Positions 13,016 through 24,254 of a DNA stretch of 64,000 bases are shown piece after piece. Within the stretch, counting starts at the first letter, position 1. The number at the start of each line of letters is the position of its first letter. A program made the translations under genes and the position numbers. The notes under the pieces were generated by a model. It made no database searches, was not told the origin of the DNA, and saw only the letters and a list, made by a program, of their open reading frames with translations. Source of the DNA: Mobula hypostoma (taxonomy: Eukaryota); contig NC_086097.1 in assembly GCF_963921235.1 (NCBI RefSeq), forward strand, positions 239,942,001 through 240,006,000. Direction: 5' to 3'.

Positions 13016-14184
13016 AGTTTTGGTAGTGCAAATACAAAAAGAAAGTAAAAAAAGAAAGAATAATAATAATAAATAAATAAGCAATAAATATCAAGAGCAT
13101 GAGATGAAGACTCTTTGAGAGTGAGTCTAGTTTAGTGACGGTGCGGGTGCTGAGAATCCTATACTTTCTTTCCAATGGCAGTACACACAGGAAATTTATC
13201 AGACAGGAAATTTGAAATCCATGCTGAACATCGATTTCTTGAACTTCCAGTAATTGCTGCCCCCCACCATTCCCCATTCCTGTTTCACTCTCACACCTCG
13301 TCTCCTTACCTTCTCATCACCTCCCTCTGGTGTTCCTCCTCTTTCCCTTTCCTCCATTGTCTTCTACCCTCTCTTGTCAGATTTCCCCTGCTCCAGCCCT
13401 TTATCTCTTTATCACTTTCACCAATCAGCTTCCCAGCTGATGATTAATTTATTTGGGAAGAATTTTTGAGTGTTCCCAGACCCAAAAAATAACCTACCAA
13501 ATCATACCAAATAACACATAAAACCTAAAATAACACTAACATTTAGTAAAAGCAGGAATGATATGATAAATACACAGCCTATATAAAGTAGAAATAATGT
13601 ATGTACAGCGTAGTTTGACTTAACAGATTCAGGAAAATTAAGCTAAAACCGATTTGTAGAAAAAAATCGGCACGTACACGCATGCGCACACAGGTGCCCG
13701 CGCAAGGCTTCATGGTCATGGTAGTCTTTCTCGGCGTAAATACAAGTGTCCCGTATTTGACTGCTACCTTTGTCCCTTATTTGGGAGTGAGAAAGTTGGC
13801 AACCCTAGATGGGGGTACCCAGGACTAGAGGGCACAGCCTCAAAATTGAAGGGTAAGCTTTTAGTACGGAGGTAAAGAGGATTTTTTTTTGGACAGAGAG
13901 TAATGAATCTGAGGAATGGTCTGCCACAGACTGCAGTAGAGGCCAAGTCTGTGGGTATAGTTAAGGTGGAATTTGATCGTTTCCTGATCGGTCAGGTCAT
14001 CAAAGGATATGACGAGAAGTTGTGTTCATGGGCTTGAGCGGGATCTGGGATCAGCCATAATGGAATGGCAGAATGGATGGAATGGCCTACTTCTGCTCCT
14101 ATGTCTTATGATCTTCTGGTCCTCTTGGAAGTTTTTACCTTACATGATGCTATATTTGAACACCTGGACAATTGGCCTGTACAG

Positions 14185-14261
14185 GATTCACTTTCTTAAA
14201 CAATACAGGCGTTGGAGACTGCAGTCTGGCAGCTGGAGTGCATGTGCCCTTTCTGACAGAG
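14185..14261 (+). CDS. candidate internal exon of unidentified host gene (GFTFLNNTGVGDCSLAAGVHVPFLTE)
   Basis: cctgtacAG acceptor and GAG|GTGAGG donor; phase 1 to 0, in frame with 15507-15596 and 21564-21623. Confidence 0.55.
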
Positions 14262-15506
14262 GTGAGGCCTCTGCTCCATTCACTCATGCAGAGGCCTAGC
14301 TACTTCATATCTCATACATCTCTATATACCTATAGAGTTAAGCATCTATTTCAGACCTTGCGGAAATAGATTGATGCTTCTCAACTTGCACCTTGCTTGG
14401 GCAGCATAACAGTCAATGAGCTTTCAAGGATCGAGGATCAAATTTATTCGCCATATACAATTACATGTATTAGCAATTTGCTGTGGTCTGTTGGTCAGGC
14501 CACGTCATGCAACAAAAAACAATGTTCAACAATTATAACGAATAAAGAATCATATCAAAATAAAGTTAAAGTATGGATATAGAATTAAAAAGTGCAGAAA
14601 TGACAACATGGGTTTACAAGTTGAACAGCATTAGAAAAAGTGGTTTAAAGTATTTACAGTGCAGTGTGTGAGGTGTTTGATCATGGGGGGGGGGGGCGTT
14701 GATCAGATCGATTACCTGGGGTAAGAAACTTTTAAGATTTGGTCTTCAAAGGTTCAAAGGTACAACTTAATGTCAGAAATGTATACAATATACATCCTGA
14801 AATGCTTGTTCTTCACAACCATCCACAAAAACAGAGGAGTGCCCCAAAGAATAAACAACAGTTAAATGTTAGAACTCCAAAGTCCCCCCACAGCTCCCCC
14901 TCCCCCCACCGGCAAAAAAACAACCATCAGTACAGCCACTGAGCACTCAAGCGTGAGCAAAGCAACAGCAAAGACACAGACTTGAAGTTACCCCATAGAC
15001 TGTGTTTCACCCAGTATTTGACATACCACAGGTTCTCTCTCTCCATAATAAGGGAGAAAGGGATGTCTCCTTTTTCCCAGCGAGTGGGGAGACATAATAA
15101 ACAACTCACTGGTTTACTATGTTAGAAGTCCATTACGTTGCTTTTTTCGAACTCTGTGCCTGAAGATTGCAAAGATCTCGGGTCTCCAGGCACACAGCAG
15201 ATATCCCAACTCCCCCCATGACACACGGGTTTCCTGTTGTGATACCAACCCTTGATCCGCCCATCTCCAAGGCCCGGAGATCCTAGGCTTCCGAATCCTA
15301 AGCTCCTCCTATAGCACTATAGCACTTTCCAGAATGGAAAAGGTAATTGCTGAGGTGGGTATCGGAGGCCTCAATTCAGAACATTTTGCTAAACGTGATG
15401 AAATGAGTGGTCTGTAAAGTATTTGCTGGAGGCTGCCATGTGAATGTGGAAGTGTCAGAAGCAGTATTGCCAGTAACATATCTGATCACCTTCCTTGTTC
15501 CCACAG

Positions 15507-15596
15507 GTTGGCAGCCAGGGCCCTGATCCAACACAGGGTCTTGTTCAAGTTTCAGAGGAGGATGTATTATTCAAAGTCGGCCACTTAGCAGATATG
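15507..15596 (+). CDS. candidate internal exon (VGSQGPDPTQGLVQVSEEDVLFKVGHLADM)
   Basis: Strong acceptor ccttccttgttcccacAG and ATG|GTGTGC donor; 90 nt, phase 0 to 0, open frame, unique sequence. Confidence 0.55.
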
Positions 15597-16604
15597 GTGT
15601 GCCCATCCCTTTTTGCCTCTGCATTCAATCAAGTCAAGAGTAATCCATTCAAGGAAACCCCCAAACTCAAAGAAGAATCAAAACAGAATGTAGAAAAAAC
15701 TCAAGCCATCAAGTCGAATCAACGTTATAGTCATTTAATTATGTACATGCCTACCATCAAATCAGAAAAAGTTACCCTGAACTAGGGTGTAAAGTACTGT
15801 GGTAAACATAATGCACATATAACACACAATAACTTAGGAATGTAAGGATAAAATTTACAGGTGATTTACGCATTAATAGCTGGTAAATCAGCATCTGTGG
15901 AGGCACAAGGCGTAAAGTTGATGTTTTGAGTCAAAGCATAAGTTGATACTCTGGGTCGACATCCTACATGAAGGGTCTTGGCCTGAAATGCCAACTCTTT
16001 ATTCCTTTCCATAGATGCTGAGTTCCTCATCATTCTTTGTGTGTTACTCTTGGCGTAAAACCTTTTGCCTCAGCTGGAGCTGATGAGATCTTCCTGCATT
16101 CTGCTTCTGTTTGAGACTGCACCATCTGTACTCTCCTTTGACTCCAAATTGAATTGTTAAAAATTGAATCCAAGTTCTAAACTGTCTTGATTGAAAGAAT
16201 ATGGGCCACACAAAACTTACTTTAGAAGACAAGCTTTCTTCTTGCTTTGGATTTATTTTTCAGATCAGGGCATCATATGTTGATTACTCCTAACTGCTTT
16301 AGAAAAGGGAGTGGTGACCCTCCAGCTTTTACCAGTGCACTTTCGGAGAGAGTGCCAGTATGGAGACCCAACACAATGAAGGTCTGGTGGTACATGGTCG
16401 AATAAATATAGAAAGGGCTCGATATAATGGGAATGGAGAGAATGTTTCTATTAGTGGCAGGCTCTAGGAACAGCAGGCACAGCCTAGAAATAAAAGAATA
16501 TTCCCTTAGAAGAGAGATGAGGAAGAATTTCTTTAGCCAGAGGGTGGGTGATAATCTAATTTGTCTCCTGTGCCTTATGGTCTTGGGGTCTATGATCTTG
16601 GATA

Positions 16605-16850
16605 CAATACTGCACAAAAATCTTAGGTATATATATGTAGCTAGGGTGCCCAAGACTTTTGCAGGGTACTATAGTAATTCTATGTATTGCACTGCAATGC
16701 TGCAGAAAAATAAATTTCATGACAGATGTGAGTGATTATGAACCTGCTTCTGATATGGGTCTCTATTGTGGACTGAGAATGGAAAGGGGGCAGGGAGAGG
16801 AGAATCATGTTTGGGAAAAGATAAAAGGAGAAGGGGGGAAGCGAGAAGCT
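16605..16850 (+). mobile_element. composite Tc1-like MITE copy, truncated
   Basis: Hairpin MITE at 16605-16671 followed by the same cargo as 6953-7120. Confidence 0.65.
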
Positions 16851-17334
16851 TTTTTTCACATTTTCTTAGAAATTTTTTCTGTTAAGTAACATTTTTTTAA
16901 GAATTTCTAAGAAAATGTGAGATCAAGGCACAAAGAGGAATATTGGGACAGATGAGGAGATGAGGGAGAACTTAGCCTCAGATTCTGGGCTGGCTTTGGA
17001 CAGGGCTTCTGCTTACAGGACTTACACAGTCCATGCAATATCTATTGCATTCTTAATCTCTGAACTCACGTGGAATATAACAACGGAGGTATTTTTCGGT
17101 CTGTGGACTTAGACTACTTCATCAAGGTCTCTCTCCGGAATCTTTGTTCTGGAGTATAACCCCTCCATTCAGGGAAATTTGTTTACCTTTGTTTTGAATA
17201 ATTGTTGTTTGTTTTCCCAATTATTATTTTTGCTAATGCATCTGAACATTGTGTTCAGTAACTTCCTGTCACTGATTGCAATTGAGCTATGCTGTAGGTG
17301 CTGGTGAGCACAATACTCTGTTTGAGGTGTGAAG

Positions 17335-18070
17335 GAGCAAAGACCCACATCCATGGATCCCTCAGAGTTGCTTCACATGTTGGTAGTGTTGTGAAGGAGG
17401 GATATGTTGTACAGGCCTTAATTAGTTGGGGGATTGAGTTCAAGAGCCGCAAGATAAAGTCGCAGCTCTATAAAATCCTGGTTAGATCACACCTTGTGTA
17501 CAGTTCTGGTCACCTCATTATGGAAAAGATGTGGAAGCTTTAGAGAGGGTACAGAGGAGATTTACCAGATTGCTGCCTGGACTAGGGGGAATGTCTTGTG
17601 AAGACAGATTCAAAATTTTGAAGCACATTTATTGTCAAAGTTTGTTTACAGTTTACCACCCTGAGATTGAGCAAGTTAGGGTTTTTCTCTTTGGAGTGAA
17701 GGAGGTGACTTGATGGAGGTGTACAAGATGATAAGAAGCACAGATTGAGTGGACGGCCAGAGACTTTTTCCCAGGGAGAAAATGGCTAATACGCGTGGGC
17801 ATAATTTTAAGGTAATTGGAGTAATATCAGAGGTAAGGTTTTTGCAAAGAGAATGGTGGATGCGTGAAACAGCCTACCTAGAGTGATGGTAGAGGCAGAT
17901 GCACTTGGAGCATTTAAGAAACTCTTAGATTGGCACGTGGATGGTGGAAAAATGGAGGGCTATATAGGAACGAAGGGTAGGTTTCAGAGTAGGTTAAAAG
18001 TTTGGCACAGTATTGCTGGCCTAAGGACCTATGCTACGCTGTAATGTTCGATGTTCTCTGTTCTTTGTTC
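17335..18070 (+). mobile_element. old CR1 LINE 3' fragment
   Basis: QLYKILVRSHL, ERVQRRFTRLLPGL; decayed tail. Confidence 0.8.
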
Positions 18071-18499
18071 TATCTTTGGGACACCAGAAGCTTCAAAACA
18101 ACGGTGTGTGAGTAACAGCAAGGCAACAATAGACAGTTCTTATGTCACATATAAACACGGCGATGTCATTACATGCTAAAACATTGTTTATCTATTTAGG
18201 AATACAAAGCGGAGTAGGCCCTTCTGACACCTCAAGCCATGCTGCCTCAGAAACCCCCGGCAAATCCGATTAACCCTAACCTAGATACAGGACAACTGAC
18301 AATAGCCAAGTAACCTACCTGGTCTATCTTTGGATTGTGGGAGGAAGCCGGAAGACGCGGAGAAAACCCATGTATTTCACTGGGAAGAACAGCAGGGACT
18401 CCTTACAGAAGCGTGCTGGGACTGAGCTCTAAACTCCAGAACGCCCCGAGCTGGAATAATGTCGCGCTAATCGTTACGCTATGGTGGCGCACTAACTTC

Positions 18500-19414
18500 A
18501 TGATAAAAGGAGAGGATGGGGAATGCTAAAGGAGAGGACGGGTAATGATAAAGGGGAGGACAGGGAATGATAAAGGGGAGGACAGGGAATGATAAAAGGA
18601 GAGGATGGGGAATGCTGAAGGAGAGGATGGGGAATGATAAAAGGGGAGGATGGGGAATGCTAAAGGAGACGACGGGGAATGATAAAAGGGAAGGACGGGG
18701 AATGATAAAAGGGGAGGATGGGGAATGCTGAAGGAGAGGATGGGGAATGATAAAAGGAGAGGATGGGGAATGCTGAAGGAGAGGATGGGGAATGATAAAA
18801 GGGGAGGATGGAGAATGCTAAAGGAGACGACGGGGAATGATAAAAGGGAAGGACGGGGAATGATAAAAGGGGAGGATGGGGAATGCTAAAGGAGAGGACG
18901 GGGAATGCTAAAGGAGAGGACGGGGAATAATAAAAGGGGAGGATGGGGAAAGATAAAAGGGGAGGATGGGGAATGCTAAAGGAGAGGACGGGGAATGCTA
19001 AAGGAGAGGACGGGGAATAATAAAAGGGGAGGATGGGGAAAGATAAAAGAGGAGGATGGGGAATGATAAAGGAGAGGACGGGTAATGATAAAGGGGAGGA
19101 CAGGGAATGATAAAGGGGAGGACAGGGAATGATAAAAGGAGAGGATGGGGAATGCTGAAGGAGAGGATGGGGAATGATAAAAGGGGAGGATGGGGAATGC
19201 TAAAGGAGAGGACGGGGAATGATAAAAGGGAAGGACTGGGAATGATAAAAGGGGAGGATGGGGAATGCTAAAGGAGAGGACGGGGAATGCTAAAGGAGAG
19301 GACGGGGAATAATAAAAGGGGAGGATGGGGAAAGATAAAAGGGGAGGATGGGGAATGCTAAAGGAGAGGACGGGGAATGATAAAAGGGGAGGACGGGGAA
19401 TGATAAAAGGGAAG
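18500..19414. repeat. purine-rich minisatellite with 22-23 bp units (~40 copies)
   Basis: Units GATAAAAGGGGAGGATGGGGAAT and GCTAAAGGAGAGGACGGGGAAT; 18541-18660 is identical to 19081-19200. Confidence 0.95.
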
Positions 19415-19894
19415 GCTAGTAAGGACTAAGAGATTAAGTGACAAAAGTTATAGAAGAGTACAGCACAGAAAAGGCCCTTCAGTCCATCTAGTCCATGTCA
19501 AGCCATTTAAGCTGCTTACTCCCATCAATCTGCACCAGGACCATAGATCTCAATACCCTTACCATCCATGTACCTAACCAAAACTTCCCTTAAGCGTTGA
19601 AGTTGAGCTTACATGCGCCACTTGTGCTGGCTGCTTCTTCCACACTCTCACCACCCTCTGAGTGAAGAAGTCTCCCCTCAATTTTCTTTTACACTTTTCA
19701 CCCTTCTCCTGTGACATCTGGTGTAGTCCCACCCAACCTCAGTGGAAAAAGCTTGCTTGCATTTACCCTGTCTATACACCTCATAATTTTGTATACATCT
19801 ATCAAATCTCCTTTCAGTCTTCTATGCTCTAAGGAATAAAGTCCTTTCTTGTTGAAGTGTAGGAATGATGACAGAGATATTGGAAAAGTGGTGC

Positions 19895-20725
19895 ATACTG
19901 GTGGTATGGTGCGAAGACAATAACCTCTCCCTCAATGTCAGCAAGATGAAGGAATTGGTTGTTGACTTCAGAAGGAGTAGCGGACCGCACGACCCAATTT
20001 ACATCGGTGGTGCGCAAGTGGAACAGGTCAAAAGCTTTAAGTTCCTCGGAGTCAATATCACAAATAACCTGACTTGGTCCAACCAAGCAGAGTCCACTGC
20101 CAAGAAGGCCCACCAGTGCCTTTACTTCCTGAGAAAGCTAAAGAAATTTGGCCTGTCCCCTAAAGCCCTCACTAATTTTTATAGATGCACCATAGAAAGC
20201 ATTCTTCTGGGGTGCATCACAACCTGGTATGGAAGTTGTCCTGTCCAAGACTGGAAGAAGCTACAGAAGATTGTGAACACAGCCCAGCACATCACAGAAA
20301 CCAATCTTCCGTCCTTGGACTCACTTTACACCGCACGCTGTCCGAGCAGTGCTGCCAGGATAATCAAGGACACGACAACACCCAGCCAACACACTTTTCA
20401 TCCCTCTTCCCTCCGGGAGAAAGCTCAGGAGCTTGAAGACTCGTACGGCCAGATTTGGGAACAGCTTCTTTTCAACTGTGATAAGACTGCTGAATGGATC
20501 CTGACCCGGATCTGGGATGTACCTTCCAAATATCCGGACCTGCCTCTTGTTTTTTTTTACACTATCTTACATTCCCTTTTCTATTTTCTATTTATGATTT
20601 AGAATTTAAATTTTTACTATATTTACTATCGATTTATACTCCAGGGAGCGCGAAGCACAGAATCAAATATCGCTGTGATGATTGTACGCTCTAGTATCAA
20701 TTGTTTGGCGACAATAAAGTAAAGT
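19895..20725 (+). mobile_element. Rex1/Babar LINE 3' portion
   Basis: WCEDNNLSLNVSK.KELVVDFRR, FKFLGV.I...LTW and LYFLRKLKKF...FYRCTIESIL.GCITTWYG; AATAAAGTAAAG tail. Near-identical partial copy at 47125-47541(-). Confidence 0.9.
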
Positions 20726-21128
20726 TAAGAAAGGGAAGGAGTATTAAAGATACAGGCTACCAGACCTCTGACTGTGTTGGATATCATGCACTCTATTTTA
20801 TATTTCAGATTTCCAATATCTATCATTATAATTTGGTTTAAAGGGAACAGAAGGCAGTGAAGGGAATTCCAGAACTTTTGACTTTGGAGACAAAGGTCAA
20901 GTTAAATTAAGTGCTAAGGATGCCAGAGTGGTGAAGCTAGCAGGACTGCAGCTTTGCAGTGCCAAGGACCTGGGTTTGATCCTGACCTCTGGTGGTGCCA
21001 GTGTGTATTGCAGATTCACCTTCTGTCTCCTTGATCTACTCCGATTCACTCTCACGGTGGTGAGTAATTTGCCGCTGTTAATTGTTGCATGTGTCTGTGT
21101 GAGAGGCGGGATCTGGAGCGAGTGAGAA

Positions 21129-21306
21129 ACACAAAATGCTGGAGGAACTCAGCAGGCCTGGTAGCATCTATGGAAGTTGCAAACAGTCGATGTTTTGCGC
21201 CGAGACCCTTATTCACGACTGGTGAAGTGTCTTGGCCCGAAACGTTGACTCTTTGTTCATTTCCATAGATGCCGCCTGACCTGCTGAGTTTTCCAGCATT
21301 GTGTGT
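21129..21306. mobile_element. head-to-head palindrome of two Penelope termini centred on decayed hammerhead cores
   Basis: ACACAAAATGCTGGAGGAACTCAGCAGG..ATCTATGGAA versus TTCCATAGAT..CCTGCTGAGTTTTCCAGCATTGTGTGT; arms ~88 bp. Confidence 0.8.
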
Positions 21307-21563
21307 GTGTTGCTTTGGGTTCTAAGGGCTTCTACAGATATATGAAGGCCCATTGGGCCTCCCGGCCTGTTACCATGCTGCATCTCTAAATCTAAATTCA
21401 GGAAAGAGAAGGAGGGTTAAGTTATTTCTGATTGTGTCTAGGTGATAAACTGAATGGAAGAAACCAGAACAGAATAGCTTGAGCCTTCTCATAACTTAGA
21501 TTAAGCAGACTTTTGTTCTTCTCGGTGGGGTCAAACAAAAGCGCAGTGTCTGTTTTCTACCAG

Positions 21564-21623
21564 CTGACGGATGAGGAGCACCTTGCGTTCGCAGCTGAAG
21601 ACAGCAGATCAGACAAGTGGTGA
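21564..21623 (+). CDS. candidate terminal coding exon (LTDEEHLAFAAEDSRSDKW*)
   Basis: tctgttttctaccAG acceptor, phase 0, TGA at 21621-21623, then ~450 nt unique sequence and AATAAA. Confidence 0.55.
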   Translation: MTDEEHLAFAAEDSRSDKW

Positions 21624-22074
21624 CCCTTACACTCCATGGGGATTATTCACTGAATTCTCCGCATGGTGTTAAATGGTGTCCTATGGCTCACCCTCGCAGT
21701 TCAATAGAGCTTACATTGGGGAACTGTTCGAAACAGTGGCAGCCTACATTTCCTACTTCATTCACAACTTAGGGACAGAACTGAAGGCTATCGCAAGAAT
21801 TGTAAACAAATTTAAGGCAGGATGTGGGCTTACTTGCAAATACATTGCTCTTGGTTTACAAATATAACTAAAAGTGTTGAAAACATAAAGTGAATTTTTC
21901 ATGTTTTTAATCAGACCTTCATTAGAAACTTGTAAAAAAAAATTACTCAAAGTTTGCAACTCATCTTTTCTTTGTTGTTTAGAAGTAGAATGACTCATTG
22001 GCAGAAAATCCCTATGAGGTTTTAAATCTCTCTCTCTCTTCTATGAACTTTAAAATGTATATAATGTCAATATT

Positions 22075-22080
22075 AATAAA
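22075..22080 (+). terminator. candidate polyadenylation signal for the host gene
   Basis: AATAAA at the end of an AU-rich unique stretch downstream of the candidate stop. Confidence 0.4.
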
Positions 22081-23143
22081 ATAGGGTGCCACTAGTTAGC
22101 AGACTGCTATTGCAGTGCTGGCAATACAGATCCAATTCCGTTGCTGTCTGAAAGCAGGTTGTACGTTCTTCCCATAACTCTGTGGGTTCCCTCCGCATGC
22201 TCCAGTTTCCTCCCACATTCAAAGACATTCAGGTTAGTAGGTTAATTTGTCGCGTGGGTGTTCTTTGGCGGCACAAGTTTGTTGAGCCAGAAGGGCCTGT
22301 CAGTGTGCTGTATCGCTAAAATTATTAAACTATTTATTTCATCCAGCCCTTTGTTAATGCTGCGTCTGCAGTCAGATGGTATTCTCCACATGCCCCTGTT
22401 GAGTGGCAGGGTAGCACACGCTTTACAGTACAGGCGACCCAGGTTCAATTCCCACTGCTGCCCGTAACGAGGGTGAACATTCTCCCTGCGAGTGTGTGAG
22501 TTTCCTCCAGGCAGTCTGTTTTCTTCCAAGGATGTACCAATTGGTAGATTAATTGGTCTTTGTAAATTGTCCCATGATTAGGCTCGGGGCAATCTCACCT
22601 AAATTGGGAGATTGCTGGGGCAGCACAGCTCAAAGGTCCTGAAGGTTCTACTCCACACAGTATCTCTATAAAATTTATTAAAAAAATATTTTATCCCTAC
22701 CTTTCCAGCTCATATTCTCACATAGAGCAAACCGTAACACACCGATGATGTTTTTCTAGTGCCCAGGCAGATCCATATGGGATTCTAATATAACCACAAG
22801 GCAGTCTGCTCCGAATAGCACTGAGCAAAGGCAAGTTTTGAATTAACAATCAAAACAAAACAATATCAGAGAGGTTCCTCAAGCAGTTTCAGGGAAGAAG
22901 GATAAAGCTAATGCTTCAAGGGGGAAATGGTACAGAAGGTTAGAACTTTCTTTCCCTGGAACTTAGGAGAATGAAGGAAGATTTGACAGAGGTAAATAAA
23001 ATTATGAGGGGTATAGATAGGGTAAATTTGAGCAGGCTTATTCCACTGAGGTTGGATGGGACTTGAACTAGAATTCATAAGACCATAAAATATAAGAGCA
23101 AAATCAGGCCATTTGGGCCATTCAGTCTACTCTGCCATTCAAT

Positions 23144-23449
23144 TGTGGGCACATGGCCAAGTGGTTAAGGCATTGGACTAGCGACCTGAAGGTCGTGAGT
23201 TCGAGCCCCAGCCGAGGCAACGTATCGTGTCCTTGAGCAAGGCACTTAATCACACATTGCTCTGTGACGACACTGGTGCCAAGCTGTATGGGTCCTAATG
23301 CCCTTCCCTTGGACAACATTGGTGTTGTGGAGTGGGGAGATTTGCAGTATGGGCAACTGCTGGTCTTCCACACAACCTTGCCAAGGCCTGTGCCCTGGAG
23401 AGTGAAGACTTTCCAGGCGCAGGTCCATGGTCTTGCAAGACTAACGTTT
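23144..23449 (+). mobile_element. tRNA-derived SINE with CORE-like segment
   Basis: A box TGGCCAAGTGG, B box AGTTCGAGCC, CORE-like GTGTCCTTGAGCAAGGCACTTAA. TSD CCATTCAAT (23135-23143 and 23450-23458) inside a CR1 tail. Confidence 0.85.
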
Positions 23450-24254
23450 CCATTCAATCATGGCTGATCCTTTCTCCACCTCCTCAACACCATTCGCTGA
23501 CCTTCTCCCCATAACCTTTGATGCTGTGTCCAATTAAGAACCTTATCAATCTGTGCTTTAAATATACCCAACAACCTGGCCTCCACAGCTGCCTGTGGTA
23601 ATAAATTCCTCAAACTCACCACCCTCTGACTAAAGAAATTTCTCCACATCTCTGTTTTAAATAGACGGCCCTCTATCCTGAGGCTGGGCCCTCTTGTCCT
23701 AGACTCCCCCGCCATGGGAGGCATCCTTTCCACATCTATTCTGTCTAAGCTTTTCAACATTCGAAGGTTCAGGGTAGAGGTTGAAATATTTAAGGGGAAC
23801 CTGAGGGGGAATTCCTTCACTCAGAGGTTTGTGTGACTGTGGAACAAGCTACAAGTGAAAGTAGTGAATGCAAGTTTGATTGCAACATTTTAGAGAAGTT
23901 TGAATAAGCACATCTTAAGGAGGGTTATGAACCAGCTGCAAACCGATGTGAATAGACAGAATAAAAGGTTGGCATGGACTAGATGGACAGAAGGACCTGT
24001 TTCTCTGTTGTTGCCCTCTATAATTCTCAGCACTGGGAAATTCTCAGCACTCAGCAAGAATGGGCTCCACTACCTGGAGTCCAAAGAGGGAGCAAGCTAA
24101 CAAGTTTAGCTCCATCTCTGAAGAATTCACCGTATCCAGATGCATCACATCTTGGTATGGCAACTGTTCTGCCCAAGACCATAAGAATTTGCATTGAGTC
24201 ATGGACACCATCCAGTCGTCATGGACAAAATTGGTTCTCTGGAATATCAGAGAG

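Noticed and set aside
18500..19414. CRISPR-like array
   Set aside because: Contiguous tandem units with no unique spacers, in a eukaryotic context.
23147..23215. tRNA gene (also ~24362 and ~42225-42290)
   Set aside because: The A/B boxes are SINE heads continuing into SINE bodies with TSDs; no convincing full cloverleaf.
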